Shown here piece after piece: positions 27,417-37,052 of a stretch of 64,000 bases of DNA (position 1 is the first letter of the stretch; every line of letters begins with the position of its first letter). The stretch is from an uncultured Candidatus Peribacteria bacterium (GTDB lineage: Bacteria; Patescibacteriota; Gracilibacteria; UBA4473). Made by a program: the position numbers and the translations under genes. A model generated the notes under the pieces. It ran no database searches. It had not been told where the DNA came from and saw only the letters and a program-made list of their open reading frames with translations. The stretch is taken from assembly GCA_964526665.1 (NCBI GenBank), contig CAZGJL010000001.1:61298-125297 (forward strand), read 5' to 3'.

Positions 27417-28901
27417 TTCTTGCGTTTTAGACGCATTCAGCAATACATTAAACGGTTCAGCTAAGTCATAGACAAGCTTTCCGCCTTTTAGCTGTAAGTT
27501 CGAAGTCACAAGATTGAGAATCTTCTGTTGTTTGTCTTCAGAAGCCCCTGAAAAATACCGACAAGCGTTTTGAGCAAGGTCTAATACCATCAAACTTGCA
27601 TCAAGAAAATTATTATCCTGTGTGCTTGCATCCTTCATTTCTTCGTGAACATCCTGCTCTTCAGAACGAAACCGTGCGACAATTTTGTCGTATTCATCGG
27701 TCGTAATACGCCCATCAAGCCGATCAAGGTAGGATGTATCTTTTCGCTTTTTGATTTTCTCGAGTTCTAAATTCAACCGACTTAGGTTTTTTTGATAAAT
27801 TTCTGTTTCAGAACCATGTGTTTTTTTGAGTTCTAAGGTTACTTCGTCCAAAACATTCTGGGGCATAACCAACTTTTCCAATAAATCTGAAACTTGTGCT
27901 TGAAGTTTTTCAATTCGTATCGGTTTTTCTTGGCAATTTTCTTTCTGATTTGGACATCTACAATAACGAAACACTTTTCCGTTTGGCTTGATTGTCTCAT
28001 CAAGCGTAATACTAGATCCGCAAGAGCCACACTTGAGAATCCCTCGAAAAGAAAAATCTTTACTCGCATACTTCACGCTATTTCTATTTCGCCCTTCTCG
28101 AATATCAAAACACTTATCAAATATCCATTTTTCAACCAAAACAGGGTATCTGTGCGGATACAACTTTTCTTTGACCTTCATTTGCCCACAATAGAAAGGA
28201 TTCGCGATCATCTCTTGGATCTGTCCGTATGTTCTTTTTTTACCTGATTTCGGAGTCGTAAGACCATCTTTCCGCATTTCTTTTGCAATCATTTTGAACG
28301 TATAATTCCCTGTCGCATAAAGATCGAAAGATTTCTTTACCAAAGGAGCTCTTTCTTTGTCGAGAACAATATCCTTGCGACCATTTTCCAACGTCACATT
28401 TCTATATCCAAGAGGTGCAGGTCCACACCATTCGCCAAGTTCCCATTTCTTTTTGTTGGATCGTTTCACATTGTCCGAAAGTTGCAAAACATACATTTTC
28501 GCAAACATAACTGCCATATCCCAACGCATAATTTCAGAACTGTTTGAGTCTTTGTGTATGACAAGATTTTCTCGATTGAAGTGTAATTCAATCTTTCCTA
28601 CTTTTCTGAGAGCATCCAATTCTACAGATTCTTTGAAAGAACGTTGCAACCTGTCTACGGTGTCAGTAATAATTGCAATCGGCTCAGGACGGTCATTTAC
28701 AAGTTTGAGCAATTTCTCAAATTTCACTCTATTTTCTTTTGAAGAAGATTCCGTAAGTTCGTATGTTTTGAGTACTTCAAAATCAAGCTTCTTAGCATAT
28801 TGCTCTAGTCTACTTACTTGAGCAGGAATAGATGTTCCTTGTTCTTCTTGGTCTTTTGAAGACACTCGAGCGAGAATGATAGCGTTGGTACAATTGGTCA
28901 T
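27375..28901 (-). CDS. large serine recombinase (resolvase/invertase N-domain, recombinase domain, zinc ribbon, coiled coil)
   Basis: AIILARVSSKDQEEQG carries the catalytic Ser motif. DTVDRLQRS and CGSCGSS...YCRCPNQ form the zinc ribbon. The last 14 codons are antisense to tRNA-Asn. Confidence 0.88.
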   Translation of the reverse strand: MTNCTNAIILARVSSKDQEEQGTSIPAQVSRLEQYAKKLDFEVLKTYELTESSSKENRVKFEKLLKLVNDRPEPIAIITDTVDRLQRSFKESVELDALRKVGKIELHFNRENLVIHKDSNSSEIMRWDMAVMFAKMYVLQLSDNVKRSNKKKWELGEWCGPAPLGYRNVTLENGRKDIVLDKERAPLVKKSFDLYATGNYTFKMIAKEMRKDGLTTPKSGKKRTYGQIQEMIANPFYCGQMKVKEKLYPHRYPVLVEKWIFDKCFDIREGRNRNSVKYASKDFSFRGILKCGSCGSSITLDETIKPNGKVFRYCRCPNQKENCQEKPIRIEKLQAQVSDLLEKLVMPQNVLDEVTLELKKTHGSETEIYQKNLSRLNLELEKIKKRKDTSYLDRLDGRITTDEYDKIVARFRSEEQDVHEEMKDASTQDNNFLDASLMVLDLAQNACRYFSGASEDKQQKILNLVTSNLQLKGGKLVYDLAEPFNVLLNASKTQEWLPRPDLNRRQVG

Positions 28902-28951
28902 CGAGATAAATGTAAATGAATAAGTTCCGAATATCAAGAACGATTTTGGTA

Positions 28952-30106
28952 CTACTGAGGAAGTTTTAAATAATCAATATCATTTGTGGGTTCAAATTCT
29001 ACAAGTTGATCGTAAATAGCGTCATAGGTTGTGTATCGGTTATAAAATATTTTTTCGTTTTGAGAGACAAACTTTTTTAATCGCTGAAAAGAACGAGGAC
29101 AAAATCGTTTTGCAATCATGTCATGAAGTTTTCGATCGGAGTTTGTTTTTGATAATTCAAGCACAGCAAAAAGACTCAATGATTTTTGAAGTGTTATTTC
29201 TGGAATTTTCAGAACAGACTCGAATAAATCTATCGGTTTTCTACTCATAAGAGCACTCAATCGCACTTCTTCATGAATCTTGCACCAATAATCCAAAAGA
29301 ACATTTTGTGCGATCTCTCGGGTAAAAAGACCCTTGAACGTCAGATCTGCCTCTATGCGTAAATACTTGAGTAAGGCTTTCATCTTTCTTCGATCACAGA
29401 TACGCATTTCCATTCGCAAAACCTCAATAGGGATTGATTGTTTTCGTCGAATTTCATCAAAAATGTTCATTTGCCAATTAAACTTTTTATCCTTTTCCGA
29501 AGACCGTTTTTCTGGTTGAATCAAGTCTTGTACTTTGTCATAAAAAACCAAGCTATGGCTCTTTGCATAGTAATACAAAGCCTTCCCTTCATTTCGGAAA
29601 TCAGTTTTATTGAGATCAAGTCTACGAGTAAGATCTACTTTTGATATGTCAGAAATAAGAGCAGAAGCTGTTGTATGGTCCGTAAAACAGAAGTTTTTGG
29701 AATAATGAATCGTCGCTATGTCCGCAGTTCTTAATTTTTCGAGAGAAACATTTACCCACATTTCTTCTAATTTTTCCTTCAACTGGACAAGCACCGTTTC
29801 AAAATCAGATTCTTCAACCTCTTGAAAATTATTCCCATATAGTAATTTTGGCACAGAAAATTCGATTTTCATTTCAACATTAAACCCGCCTTCCCTTCCA
29901 AGCCTTTTTATAACCGTCAATCGTGGCTTATAGTTCTGATTTTCTTTGTCCCATTTGTTCGCATTCTGTACAGACTTCAAATTTGTCTGTCCGTTAAATG
30001 GAGTATAGGGAGCAGCAAAAAACCCCAAACAATTCGGTCTAAAAACATTGTAATTGGTAATCTGAAAATCAAATTGTTTTAGCTTTAGAATAACGGTATC
30101 AATCAT
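28952..30106 (-). CDS. rolling-circle replication initiator, filamentous-phage gene II/X-like
   Basis: MIDTVILKLKQF..., EMKIEFSVPKLLYGNNFQEV, IATIHYSKNF and VLRMEMRI parallel M13 gpII MIDMLVLRLPF, EIKASPAKVLQGHNVFG, ISRIDATF and LVRFEARI, in the same order. Confidence 0.65.
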   Translation of the reverse strand: MIDTVILKLKQFDFQITNYNVFRPNCLGFFAAPYTPFNGQTNLKSVQNANKWDKENQNYKPRLTVIKRLGREGGFNVEMKIEFSVPKLLYGNNFQEVEESDFETVLVQLKEKLEEMWVNVSLEKLRTADIATIHYSKNFCFTDHTTASALISDISKVDLTRRLDLNKTDFRNEGKALYYYAKSHSLVFYDKVQDLIQPEKRSSEKDKKFNWQMNIFDEIRRKQSIPIEVLRMEMRICDRRKMKALLKYLRIEADLTFKGLFTREIAQNVLLDYWCKIHEEVRLSALMSRKPIDLFESVLKIPEITLQKSLSLFAVLELSKTNSDRKLHDMIAKRFCPRSFQRLKKFVSQNEKIFYNRYTTYDAIYDQLVEFEPTNDIDYLKLPQ

Positions 30107-30185
30107 TTGCTATAAGTGGCTTAATTGAGTATTATGTATCTGGAAATTGGTCATCAACCCTTTCCATTTCTTACCTTCGGGCTCA

Positions 30186-30596
30186 TCAGGTGTTAAAACG
30201 CCTGATAATATCTTCAAAAGTGGGCTTGTCTAACATTCCCATTTTTTTTAGTAATCGTTTTTCATCATAAGAATTTGCTTGATCTAGCATTGCTTTTCCC
30301 ATTTTGTTTCTAAAAAAAGTTGAAACGGTAAATGTCCCTGTATATTTAGAATTACTGGTCAAAGGAATTCCCAAAAATCTTTGATTATTAAACTTCTTGA
30401 GGACCAATACAGGTCTTTGAAATGTTTCATTTTTTCCATAAACTTCAGTCCCAACGCCATGTCCTATTGAGGTAAGCCATACTTCCCGCTCTTTGAAGTT
30501 TATTTTTCGTTCTAAAAAGTGAAGCTTTTGAGCGAATAATGACCATTGAATAAGTCTTTTTGCATTTTTTGCTCGAGAAAAACCGTTATTCATCAC
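30186..30596 (-). CDS. PemK/MazF-family toxin-like protein
   Basis: REVWLTSIGHGVGTEVYGKNETFQRPVLVLKKF...LGIPLTSN...AMLDQANSYDEKRL follows the MazF pattern (G.E..g.RPvlVl...v.P.TS...v..dQ.r..d..Rl). Confidence 0.6.
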   Translation of the reverse strand: MMNNGFSRAKNAKRLIQWSLFAQKLHFLERKINFKEREVWLTSIGHGVGTEVYGKNETFQRPVLVLKKFNNQRFLGIPLTSNSKYTGTFTVSTFFRNKMGKAMLDQANSYDEKRLLKKMGMLDKPTFEDIIRRFNT

Positions 30597-30738
30597 TTGA
30601 AGGGGTTATTGAATAATTCGATAACCGCTCTTCCAATTGTTTTTCTTTCTTAATTTCCCAAAGCACTTTAAAAAACTCGACCAAGTTTTGTTTGGCTTCG
30701 GGTGTAAGAACGAAATTGTCTTGAGGAAAATCAGTCAT
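30586..30738 (-). CDS. putative antitoxin (50 aa) overlapping the MazF-like start
   Basis: Small ORF whose 3' end overlaps the toxin start by 11 nt. Assigned by position only. Confidence 0.35.
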   Translation of the reverse strand: MTDFPQDNFVLTPEAKQNLVEFFKVLWEIKKEKQLEERLSNYSITPSSDE

Positions 30739-30865
30739 CAATGCGTTCCTCTGAACACCAATCAAAACAGTCAAGCCCCTTTATCAATTCATAGACAAGC
30801 AATTCCCTCAATTTATTGTCTATTACAAAGAATCCAATCAAAAAAAATCAACTTGCTTCATCTAA

Positions 30866-30880
30866 TTTGAAATTGAATTA
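30866..30880 (-). repeat. AATTCAATTTCAAA motif, copy 3 (upstream of the TA operon)
   Basis: On the minus strand it reads ataattcaatttcaaatta. It shares the 13-mer AATTCAATTTCAA with 25530..25542. Confidence 0.65.
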
Positions 30881-30902
30881 TAAACAGAAACACCAAGATT
30901 TC

Positions 30903-31832
30903 TTAAAAATGGTGTTCTAGTTGGTGTTTTGTTCGTAAGTCAGACCGCATACACGAGAAAGTATTTTGGAAAACAATATTATCTTCTGCATCTTGCGTGA
31001 ATAAATTCGTTTTCAAGTGTTTAGAAACCTTTTTTTCAATCTTGCTCTTTTGGGCATTGATAGATCGAATACTTGTTTTGAAAGTAATAGCAAGGGATGC
31101 TGTATCTGTACCCTTTTCAAGTCCTTCTCTTCCGAATCTTCTTTGATAAATAAGATCAACAATTTCTCTTTGCATTTTTGAAAGAGTCTCTAAGTTTTTG
31201 AATTGATCTGCTCCCTGATTTCCCAAAAGAAGACACGAAGGATCTCTTTTTTGATTGTGTTTGAAACGAAAACAAATATCACGATCAATTTCTAAGTCTG
31301 TCGACCGCTTCCTTTTCAGTTCGTTTTCATAGTTTCCTTGCGGATCATTATGAGCGACACTTGCCAAATTTCTTTTGAGTAATTCCAAGTCTTCAAGAGA
31401 AACTTCTAGGCGATATTCAAAAGCACTATTCAAAAACTCAGCAAATCCCTGATCTGACCAACAATTTCCTTCTTTCCGTAACATTTCAAGAATACTATTT
31501 GCCGCATCGGCGTTGATAGTCTTTGATTTATTTTCATCCAAAAGAAATGAGAGCTCTTCTCGTATCGTTTTGAGGCTTTCAGGCGTTTCTTTTGGCAGAA
31601 GCACGTCAAGGTCATTGATGACCTCAGAAGCCCTCTGAAACGAAATGGTCGTCAAATTTCCACGAAATTTTATCTGCTTCAGCTTTGAGAAGTCTTGAAA
31701 CAAGACAAACAACAAAATAAAGGCATCATTTACTCTACCTATTTCAAATCCTTCTTCTGTTTGAAAAACTGATTTCTTAAAAAAAGATTCTACCGCCTGT
31801 ACAGAAATTGGAAGCGTATAGAGTTTATTCAC
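30903..31832 (-). CDS. hypothetical protein with C-terminal LuxR/sigma70-region-4-like HTH (309 aa)
   Basis: LSKMQREIVDLIYQRRFG...GTDTASLAITFKTSIRSINAQKSKIEKKV resembles a LuxR-type HTH. The N-terminal 200 aa is unrecognisable. Confidence 0.5.
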   Translation of the reverse strand: MNKLYTLPISVQAVESFFKKSVFQTEEGFEIGRVNDAFILLFVLFQDFSKLKQIKFRGNLTTISFQRASEVINDLDVLLPKETPESLKTIREELSFLLDENKSKTINADAANSILEMLRKEGNCWSDQGFAEFLNSAFEYRLEVSLEDLELLKRNLASVAHNDPQGNYENELKRKRSTDLEIDRDICFRFKHNQKRDPSCLLLGNQGADQFKNLETLSKMQREIVDLIYQRRFGREGLEKGTDTASLAITFKTSIRSINAQKSKIEKKVSKHLKTNLFTQDAEDNIVFQNTFSCMRSDLRTKHQLEHHF

Positions 31833-32233
31833 GCAACCATTTTGCCAAAACCCTCAGTCAAAAGCAATTCTGGCGGAATCAGGTTATGCCCTGAGTGGTT
31901 TTGAGATACTCGAAAGTTAAAGACGCTACGCCCCGATTCTTTAAATGGAATTATTCTAAAGCTTGTTTCGTTTTCATAACACCGAACACGGATTGATTGT
32001 ACTTTCTTCGGATCAAGAGCAAATCCTTCTGGCAAGACATGAGCATACGCTTGATGAAATTTATCGGGTTCAAAAGTGCTTGGATTGATAAGCTGAATAC
32101 CGAACCTCTCTTGAATCTGACTTCTTATTTCCTGCTCTGTTTGTTCTGTTTCTGTAAATTCAAAAAGGCTCTCTGACGGTTGTTCGTCAGCTACAATTAT
32201 TTCCTTATCTGTTACGGAGTCGAGTAAAGACAT
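31829..32233 (-). CDS. hypothetical protein (134 aa)
   Basis: ORF whose stop overlaps the downstream start by 4 bp (translational coupling). It lies 38 bp downstream of the S-subunit gene. Confidence 0.5.
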   Translation of the reverse strand: MSLLDSVTDKEIIVADEQPSESLFEFTETEQTEQEIRSQIQERFGIQLINPSTFEPDKFHQAYAHVLPEGFALDPKKVQSIRVRCYENETSFRIIPFKESGRSVFNFRVSQNHSGHNLIPPELLLTEGFGKMVA

Positions 32234-32270
32234 CCTGCCATTATAGCAGATTTAAAGAAGAAATTCAATC

Positions 32271-33740
32271 CTAATATTCTAAACGGATTTCAATTGGCTC
32301 TTCCATTACAATTTTATGAACTAAGTCTTCTAATTGTTCACGAAGTGAAAATATCTCCATATTGAGCTGAAAAATACCAGCTTCAGCATTTCTTGTTTTT
32401 TCTTTTTCGAGATAATTCTCAAGAGTTAAGTTTATATTTTTCTCAATTGGGCTGTAATACAAATTTGAAACTTCTTGTTGTTTTTTTTCTGAAAAACTAG
32501 GAAATTTTAGAAAAGCAAAATCATAAGATTTCATCTCTTTCATTTTTGACCCTATCGCCACACAACCACATAATTTTCTATAAGTTTTTGAATTTAATAG
32601 GCAGGTGATAAATAATTTTTCTGTTTTTGAATAATCTTTAATTTGATATAAACCTTGGTTATGTTGCCCTAATCCAAGAGTTTCAACTTCATAAAAACAC
32701 GTAATACCAACATATTCCCCCTTTTTCCCTTTTGACGTTCTATTGATAATAAGGATACAATCTTTTGATAAATTATTTTTTGTATCCATGTTTATTGTCG
32801 TTGAAGGTTGATAATTTCCTTCATCTGTAATCAGCGTTGGGGTAACCCATTTATATTTTTTATTTTGAGGATCAAATATTCTAATTTTAGGAGTTGATCC
32901 ACTTTTAAATTTATCAAGTGGTATTTGGAAATATCCATCTTTATAATTTCTTATCAAAAAATCAATTTCCTTAAATTCTCTCTCATAAATCCCTGTATCC
33001 AGCCTTGTCTCTTCTTTAATCTCGCTAATTCTCGGATAGCCATAGCTAAAACTTTCTGCTTTTTGATTTTCTTTGAGTTCTTTTTCTATCAGTTCATCGA
33101 TCTGGTTGTTTTTTAGTTTTATTTGTTCTTCTTTGTCGATGATATTTTGCACCACAAGAGAGGCAAACTCTTCTACTTTTTCAGGATTTTTGTTATTTGC
33201 GATTGTAGGGAATGGGATTTTAAAATTTAAAATTTGATGTGGTAAAAATTCTGAAATTGTTCCCCCGTGAGAAACCGTCTTTGCGTAATCTACAAGTAAT
33301 TTTGATTTTAAAAATGCTAAACAATAAAAAAGGAGTGTATTATTGATTTTAACAGCGTACATATTGTTGCTGTGTATAATATTCTCGTTATTTTTAATGT
33401 TCAAAAATGATATTTTCTGAACACTTCCTCTAGTTGCAAAAAAGATCCAATTACCATTTTCCAATTTATAAGAGAATGGTTTTGTACTTGCTACCTCCGA
33501 AAGATTAGTCTTAAAAAATTGTTCTTCAGAGGAGGAAATTTTCAACATTTTAAAATCACTTTTTACAGTAACCTGAACAGGATTTTTCCCCAAAAAAGAT
33601 TCTTCCCTGAGGTCTTCTATTGTTTTCCCATTTTTATTTTTAATAAATATATGATGATATTTTGAAGACGCAAAAGCATACTGTTTCTCAAGTATTTCAC
33701 TTTTCCTTACCGATTTTGGTTTAATAATATAACTTTTCAT
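32271..33740 (-). CDS. restriction-modification specificity (S) subunit, two target-recognition domains
   Basis: 489 aa. Two repeats of the conserved S-subunit junction (FKIPFPT...EEQIKLKNNQIDELIEKEL and LKFPSFSEKKQQEV...) are each followed by a coiled helix. It starts 2 bp after the MTase-nuclease gene. Confidence 0.7.
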   Translation of the reverse strand: MKSYIIKPKSVRKSEILEKQYAFASSKYHHIFIKNKNGKTIEDLREESFLGKNPVQVTVKSDFKMLKISSSEEQFFKTNLSEVASTKPFSYKLENGNWIFFATRGSVQKISFLNIKNNENIIHSNNMYAVKINNTLLFYCLAFLKSKLLVDYAKTVSHGGTISEFLPHQILNFKIPFPTIANNKNPEKVEEFASLVVQNIIDKEEQIKLKNNQIDELIEKELKENQKAESFSYGYPRISEIKEETRLDTGIYEREFKEIDFLIRNYKDGYFQIPLDKFKSGSTPKIRIFDPQNKKYKWVTPTLITDEGNYQPSTTINMDTKNNLSKDCILIINRTSKGKKGEYVGITCFYEVETLGLGQHNQGLYQIKDYSKTEKLFITCLLNSKTYRKLCGCVAIGSKMKEMKSYDFAFLKFPSFSEKKQQEVSNLYYSPIEKNINLTLENYLEKEKTRNAEAGIFQLNMEIFSLREQLEDLVHKIVMEEPIEIRLEY

Positions 33741-33742
33741 AG

Positions 33743-35911
33743 TTAATCCATTTGTGATAAATGAAAAGCGTCTTTAATTTCTTCTTCTTGTCTTTGTAAA
33801 AACTCTTTCCATTCGCTTTGCATTGCCGAAAAATCCTCATTTAGTTTTCCTGTTTTCTCAAAAGTCTCTTCATTGATAATATATTGCGGAGCAAAATGAA
33901 CCGATCGTTTAACCGTCTTTACTTCATAACCAATATTTTGAATTTCTTTTACAAATACTTCGTAATCCGCATGAAGCAAATTCTGTTCGTTTTTCTTTGG
34001 TTTGTAGGCAATGATAACTGTTGTTGCAACTCCTGTTTCTCCAAAAGTATTGCTCGGTAAATCAAAAGTTCCGACAATTCTCATTTTAGACAAAAACCAT
34101 TTACGGATATTTTGCCATTCTTTGATACTTGCTATCGAATTAGAAAGAACAATCGCCATTCTTCCACCATCCTCAAGACACTTGTAAGCATTCTCTAAAA
34201 ACAAAACTCCCATATCCATTGAGTTTGGATATTTTTTATTTCCTTTCGCGTCTAAATCTGATTTTTCCTTAAATGTTTCGTAAAGCTCAACCGTTTCCTT
34301 GGGCAAATCCCATTTTCCATTTGCCCCCGTTTTTAAGTCTCTTCCTTTTCCAAAAGGGGGATTTGTCGCAATCATTTTAAATTTTTTCAAATCTTTACTT
34401 GAATCAGAAAGATGATTCCAGCTTATTGGATTATAATTTTTTGTAGTAAATTCGCCTTCTTTAAGCACACTTCCTCCTTGCAGAAGTTTCTGCGAAAGTG
34501 AATTCATTTGCTCAAGGACTGCTCCACCATCTCCATTGAGGACAAGATTAAGTTCCGCAAGCTTAAGATTGCTTCCCTCGAGATCAAAACCGTAAAAATT
34601 ACTCGCATTTGGTGGAAAATCAGGCTCTTCTCTGTGGGAATGACGAAAAGCCATTGCAGGAAAATCACAAATTCCACAACAAGGATCGCAAAGTTCTTCT
34701 CCTTTGATAGGATTTAAAAGTCGAATCATATTTTTTACCACAGGAATTGGCGTAAAAAATTGTCCCTTGTCTGCTTTTTGTTGTTCACTTCCAAAGTTAT
34801 TGAAAATGATTTGATTAAAACTTTCATTTTTAGCTTTAAGAATTGCCCTTTGCTGAAAAGTCTCAACAAGCGCGACAAGAAATTTCTCATCATTGCTTTT
34901 TGAGGGTCTAAATTCAGCATCGTACATAAACATCCTTTTTTCTCTGCCAAGAACCTTTGGATATTCTTTTTGGGCTTCCTTATAGAGATTGTTTATTCTT
35001 TCACGAAAACTTGTTTCAGCCAGTCCGTCTTTTCTTTTTTCGCCTGGAAGAATATAAAACTCTAAAAATGATTTATCTCTTTTGCTTCTTTTTTCATCAA
35101 AAACTTTGAGCGTTAAAAATTCAACAATCATTTCACGAAGAGGACTTTCTGGGCGAATACTGTCATTGGCTCTTTTCAATGAGTTCATTAAATCATTAAA
35201 ATTTGCTTCATCTATGGCATCAAGAGAATCAAGCTTTAATTTTGCGAGATCAGAAATACTTTCATTGTTCTCTATAAAATCTTGCTGACTTGGAAGATCA
35301 ACAAGTAAATCCCTTTTTTCTAAATTCCAACCAATTATTCCATCTTGTTGTAATTCATTTGTTTCGTTAAATCTTCTAATTTCAGAATTTCCAATTTTTT
35401 TGAAAAGCAAAATGTCTGAATGATCGTCAAAGTAAACCCCGAAAATTCTATCTTGCGAAGTATTGAGCTCCATTGCCGAACGAAGTTGATTCTCAATGGC
35501 ACTTTCAACAGATTTATTGTTTTTCTTTGTTTCAAAAATCACGAGAACATTTTGACGAATCTTTGCAAAGTTTTTACTCGATTTTGCTTGCTCATAATCT
35601 TGTAACCAATCTTTATTTTTGAAAACAACAATATCAGGATTAAGACTTTTTCCACCATTTCCTTTGGGAAAACCAAATTCAACACAAATATATTCTTTAT
35701 TATACATTCCACTTTGCACCATAGCCCACACAAAACGGGCTCGAATATATTCTTCACTAAAGACATTTTTTGTGTCCCTTGTTTTGGCATTAGAACAGAA
35801 AGATTCAACTTGAAGCTCGGTTTGATACCATTTTCGATCTATGTTTTCGAGTTCTGAATATTTTTCATCAAACTCTGCCAAATACGAACTGAATATTTTA
35901 GAATTGATCAT
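33743..35911 (-). CDS. fused PD-(D/E)xK endonuclease and gamma-class N6-adenine DNA methyltransferase (BcgI-like type IIB/IIG RM subunit)
   Basis: N-terminal ...VEFGF...NPDIVVF...VIFETKK (E78/D93/E127-x-K129). MTase motifs are GQFFTP, ELCDPCCGICDF (motif I) and IATNPPFG (motif IV). No helicase/HsdR is nearby. Confidence 0.8.
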   Translation of the reverse strand: MINSKIFSSYLAEFDEKYSELENIDRKWYQTELQVESFCSNAKTRDTKNVFSEEYIRARFVWAMVQSGMYNKEYICVEFGFPKGNGGKSLNPDIVVFKNKDWLQDYEQAKSSKNFAKIRQNVLVIFETKKNNKSVESAIENQLRSAMELNTSQDRIFGVYFDDHSDILLFKKIGNSEIRRFNETNELQQDGIIGWNLEKRDLLVDLPSQQDFIENNESISDLAKLKLDSLDAIDEANFNDLMNSLKRANDSIRPESPLREMIVEFLTLKVFDEKRSKRDKSFLEFYILPGEKRKDGLAETSFRERINNLYKEAQKEYPKVLGREKRMFMYDAEFRPSKSNDEKFLVALVETFQQRAILKAKNESFNQIIFNNFGSEQQKADKGQFFTPIPVVKNMIRLLNPIKGEELCDPCCGICDFPAMAFRHSHREEPDFPPNASNFYGFDLEGSNLKLAELNLVLNGDGGAVLEQMNSLSQKLLQGGSVLKEGEFTTKNYNPISWNHLSDSSKDLKKFKMIATNPPFGKGRDLKTGANGKWDLPKETVELYETFKEKSDLDAKGNKKYPNSMDMGVLFLENAYKCLEDGGRMAIVLSNSIASIKEWQNIRKWFLSKMRIVGTFDLPSNTFGETGVATTVIIAYKPKKNEQNLLHADYEVFVKEIQNIGYEVKTVKRSVHFAPQYIINEETFEKTGKLNEDFSAMQSEWKEFLQRQEEEIKDAFHLSQMD

Positions 35912-35972
35912 CGTGCTTAAATTTACTCTTTTTCAGTTTTTTTTCTATCCTTATTTTGTCCTTATTCAAAAA

Positions 35973-36125
35973 ATGCAAATACCTCCCAAAGCAATCGCCG
36001 AATTTAAAGCCCTTTGGAAAAAGGAATTTGGAGAAGAACTTTCAGACGAAAAAGCCACATCTGAGGCAAGAGATCTATTGACTCTGACAAGATTGGCTTC
36101 AGGAGAAAAGAATGTTTTGCCATAA
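35973..36125 (+). CDS. small hypothetical protein (50 aa)
   Basis: ATG-initiated part of ORF 35841..36125, divergent from the RM operon and upstream of mrr. Confidence 0.3.
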   Translation: MQIPPKAIAEFKALWKKEFGEELSDEKATSEARDLLTLTRLASGEKNVLP

Positions 36126-36164
36126 AGAACTATCCAAAAAATAAATTCCTTTTAGAATGAAGAC

Positions 36165-37052
36165 ATGGAATTACCAAAATGGCACGAAACATTTATCGCT
36201 TGTCTTGAAGTTTTAAAAGATGAAAAACTCTTACATTATGCTGAATTGGCACAACGTGTAAGAGATGAGCACTACTCACGCCTTCCCGAAGAATTATTAC
36301 GAAAAAAAACAAAAAGCGGACAGCCCACGATCATCAATCGTATTGGATGGGCAAAGTCAGGACTCAAAAATGCAGGATATATTTCTTCTCCCGAAAGAGG
36401 ATTTGTACAGATTACAAAGAAGGGAATTGAAACGCTTGCAAAAGGAATCCTGACTCTGAAAGAGCTAAATGCTCAGCCCGAAATAATTGCATACAAAAAA
36501 GAACTCGAAGCTTCAAAAGAATCTGAAGAAGATATTTTTATTGAAAGTGCCTCTCCCCAAGACTTGATCGATTCAGGGTTTACAAAGATAGAATCCGAAA
36601 TAAAAAAGGATTTACTCGAAAAATTAAAGACTATTGATCCTTATTATTTTGAGAAAGTGATTCTCCTTCTTTTGGAAAAAATGGGATATGGAGATTTCAT
36701 TGAAACAAAAAAATCTGGCGATGGCGGAATTGATGGGATTATCAATCAAGATAAATTGGGACTTGAGAAAATTTATATGCAAGCGAAACGATTTCGTGAC
36801 AATAAAGTTCATGAAACCGATATTCGCAACTTTATCGGTGCAATGAGTGGCGATACTCAAAAGGGCGTTTTCGTTACAACCTCCTCTTTTGATTCAGGGG
36901 CAATCAATAAGGCAAAAGAAGCTCGTCATTCTATAATTTGTATTGATGGCATCCGATTAGCAGATCTCATGCACCAATATAATGTCGGAGTACAAGTAAA
37001 AGACGTATATGAGGTCAAAGAGTTGGATGAAGATTTCTTTGAAGCGGGTTAA
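36165..37052 (+). CDS. mrr: Mrr-family type IV (modification-dependent) restriction endonuclease
   Basis: Mrr N-terminal winged helix (...INRIGWAKSGLKNAGYISSPERGFVQITKKG) and the Mrr catalytic domain (FEKVILLLLEKMGYG...GDGGIDG...IYMQAKR...GVFVTTSSF). Confidence 0.88.
   Translation: MELPKWHETFIACLEVLKDEKLLHYAELAQRVRDEHYSRLPEELLRKKTKSGQPTIINRIGWAKSGLKNAGYISSPERGFVQITKKGIETLAKGILTLKELNAQPEIIAYKKELEASKESEEDIFIESASPQDLIDSGFTKIESEIKKDLLEKLKTIDPYYFEKVILLLLEKMGYGDFIETKKSGDGGIDGIINQDKLGLEKIYMQAKRFRDNKVHETDIRNFIGAMSGDTQKGVFVTTSSFDSGAINKAKEARHSIICIDGIRLADLMHQYNVGVQVKDVYEVKELDEDFFEAG

Noticed and set aside
26962-27417. 151-aa minus-strand ORF overlapping the methyltransferase 3' end and tRNA-Asn.
   Set aside because: It is antisense to a well-supported CDS, and its N-terminus is simply the complement of the tRNA.
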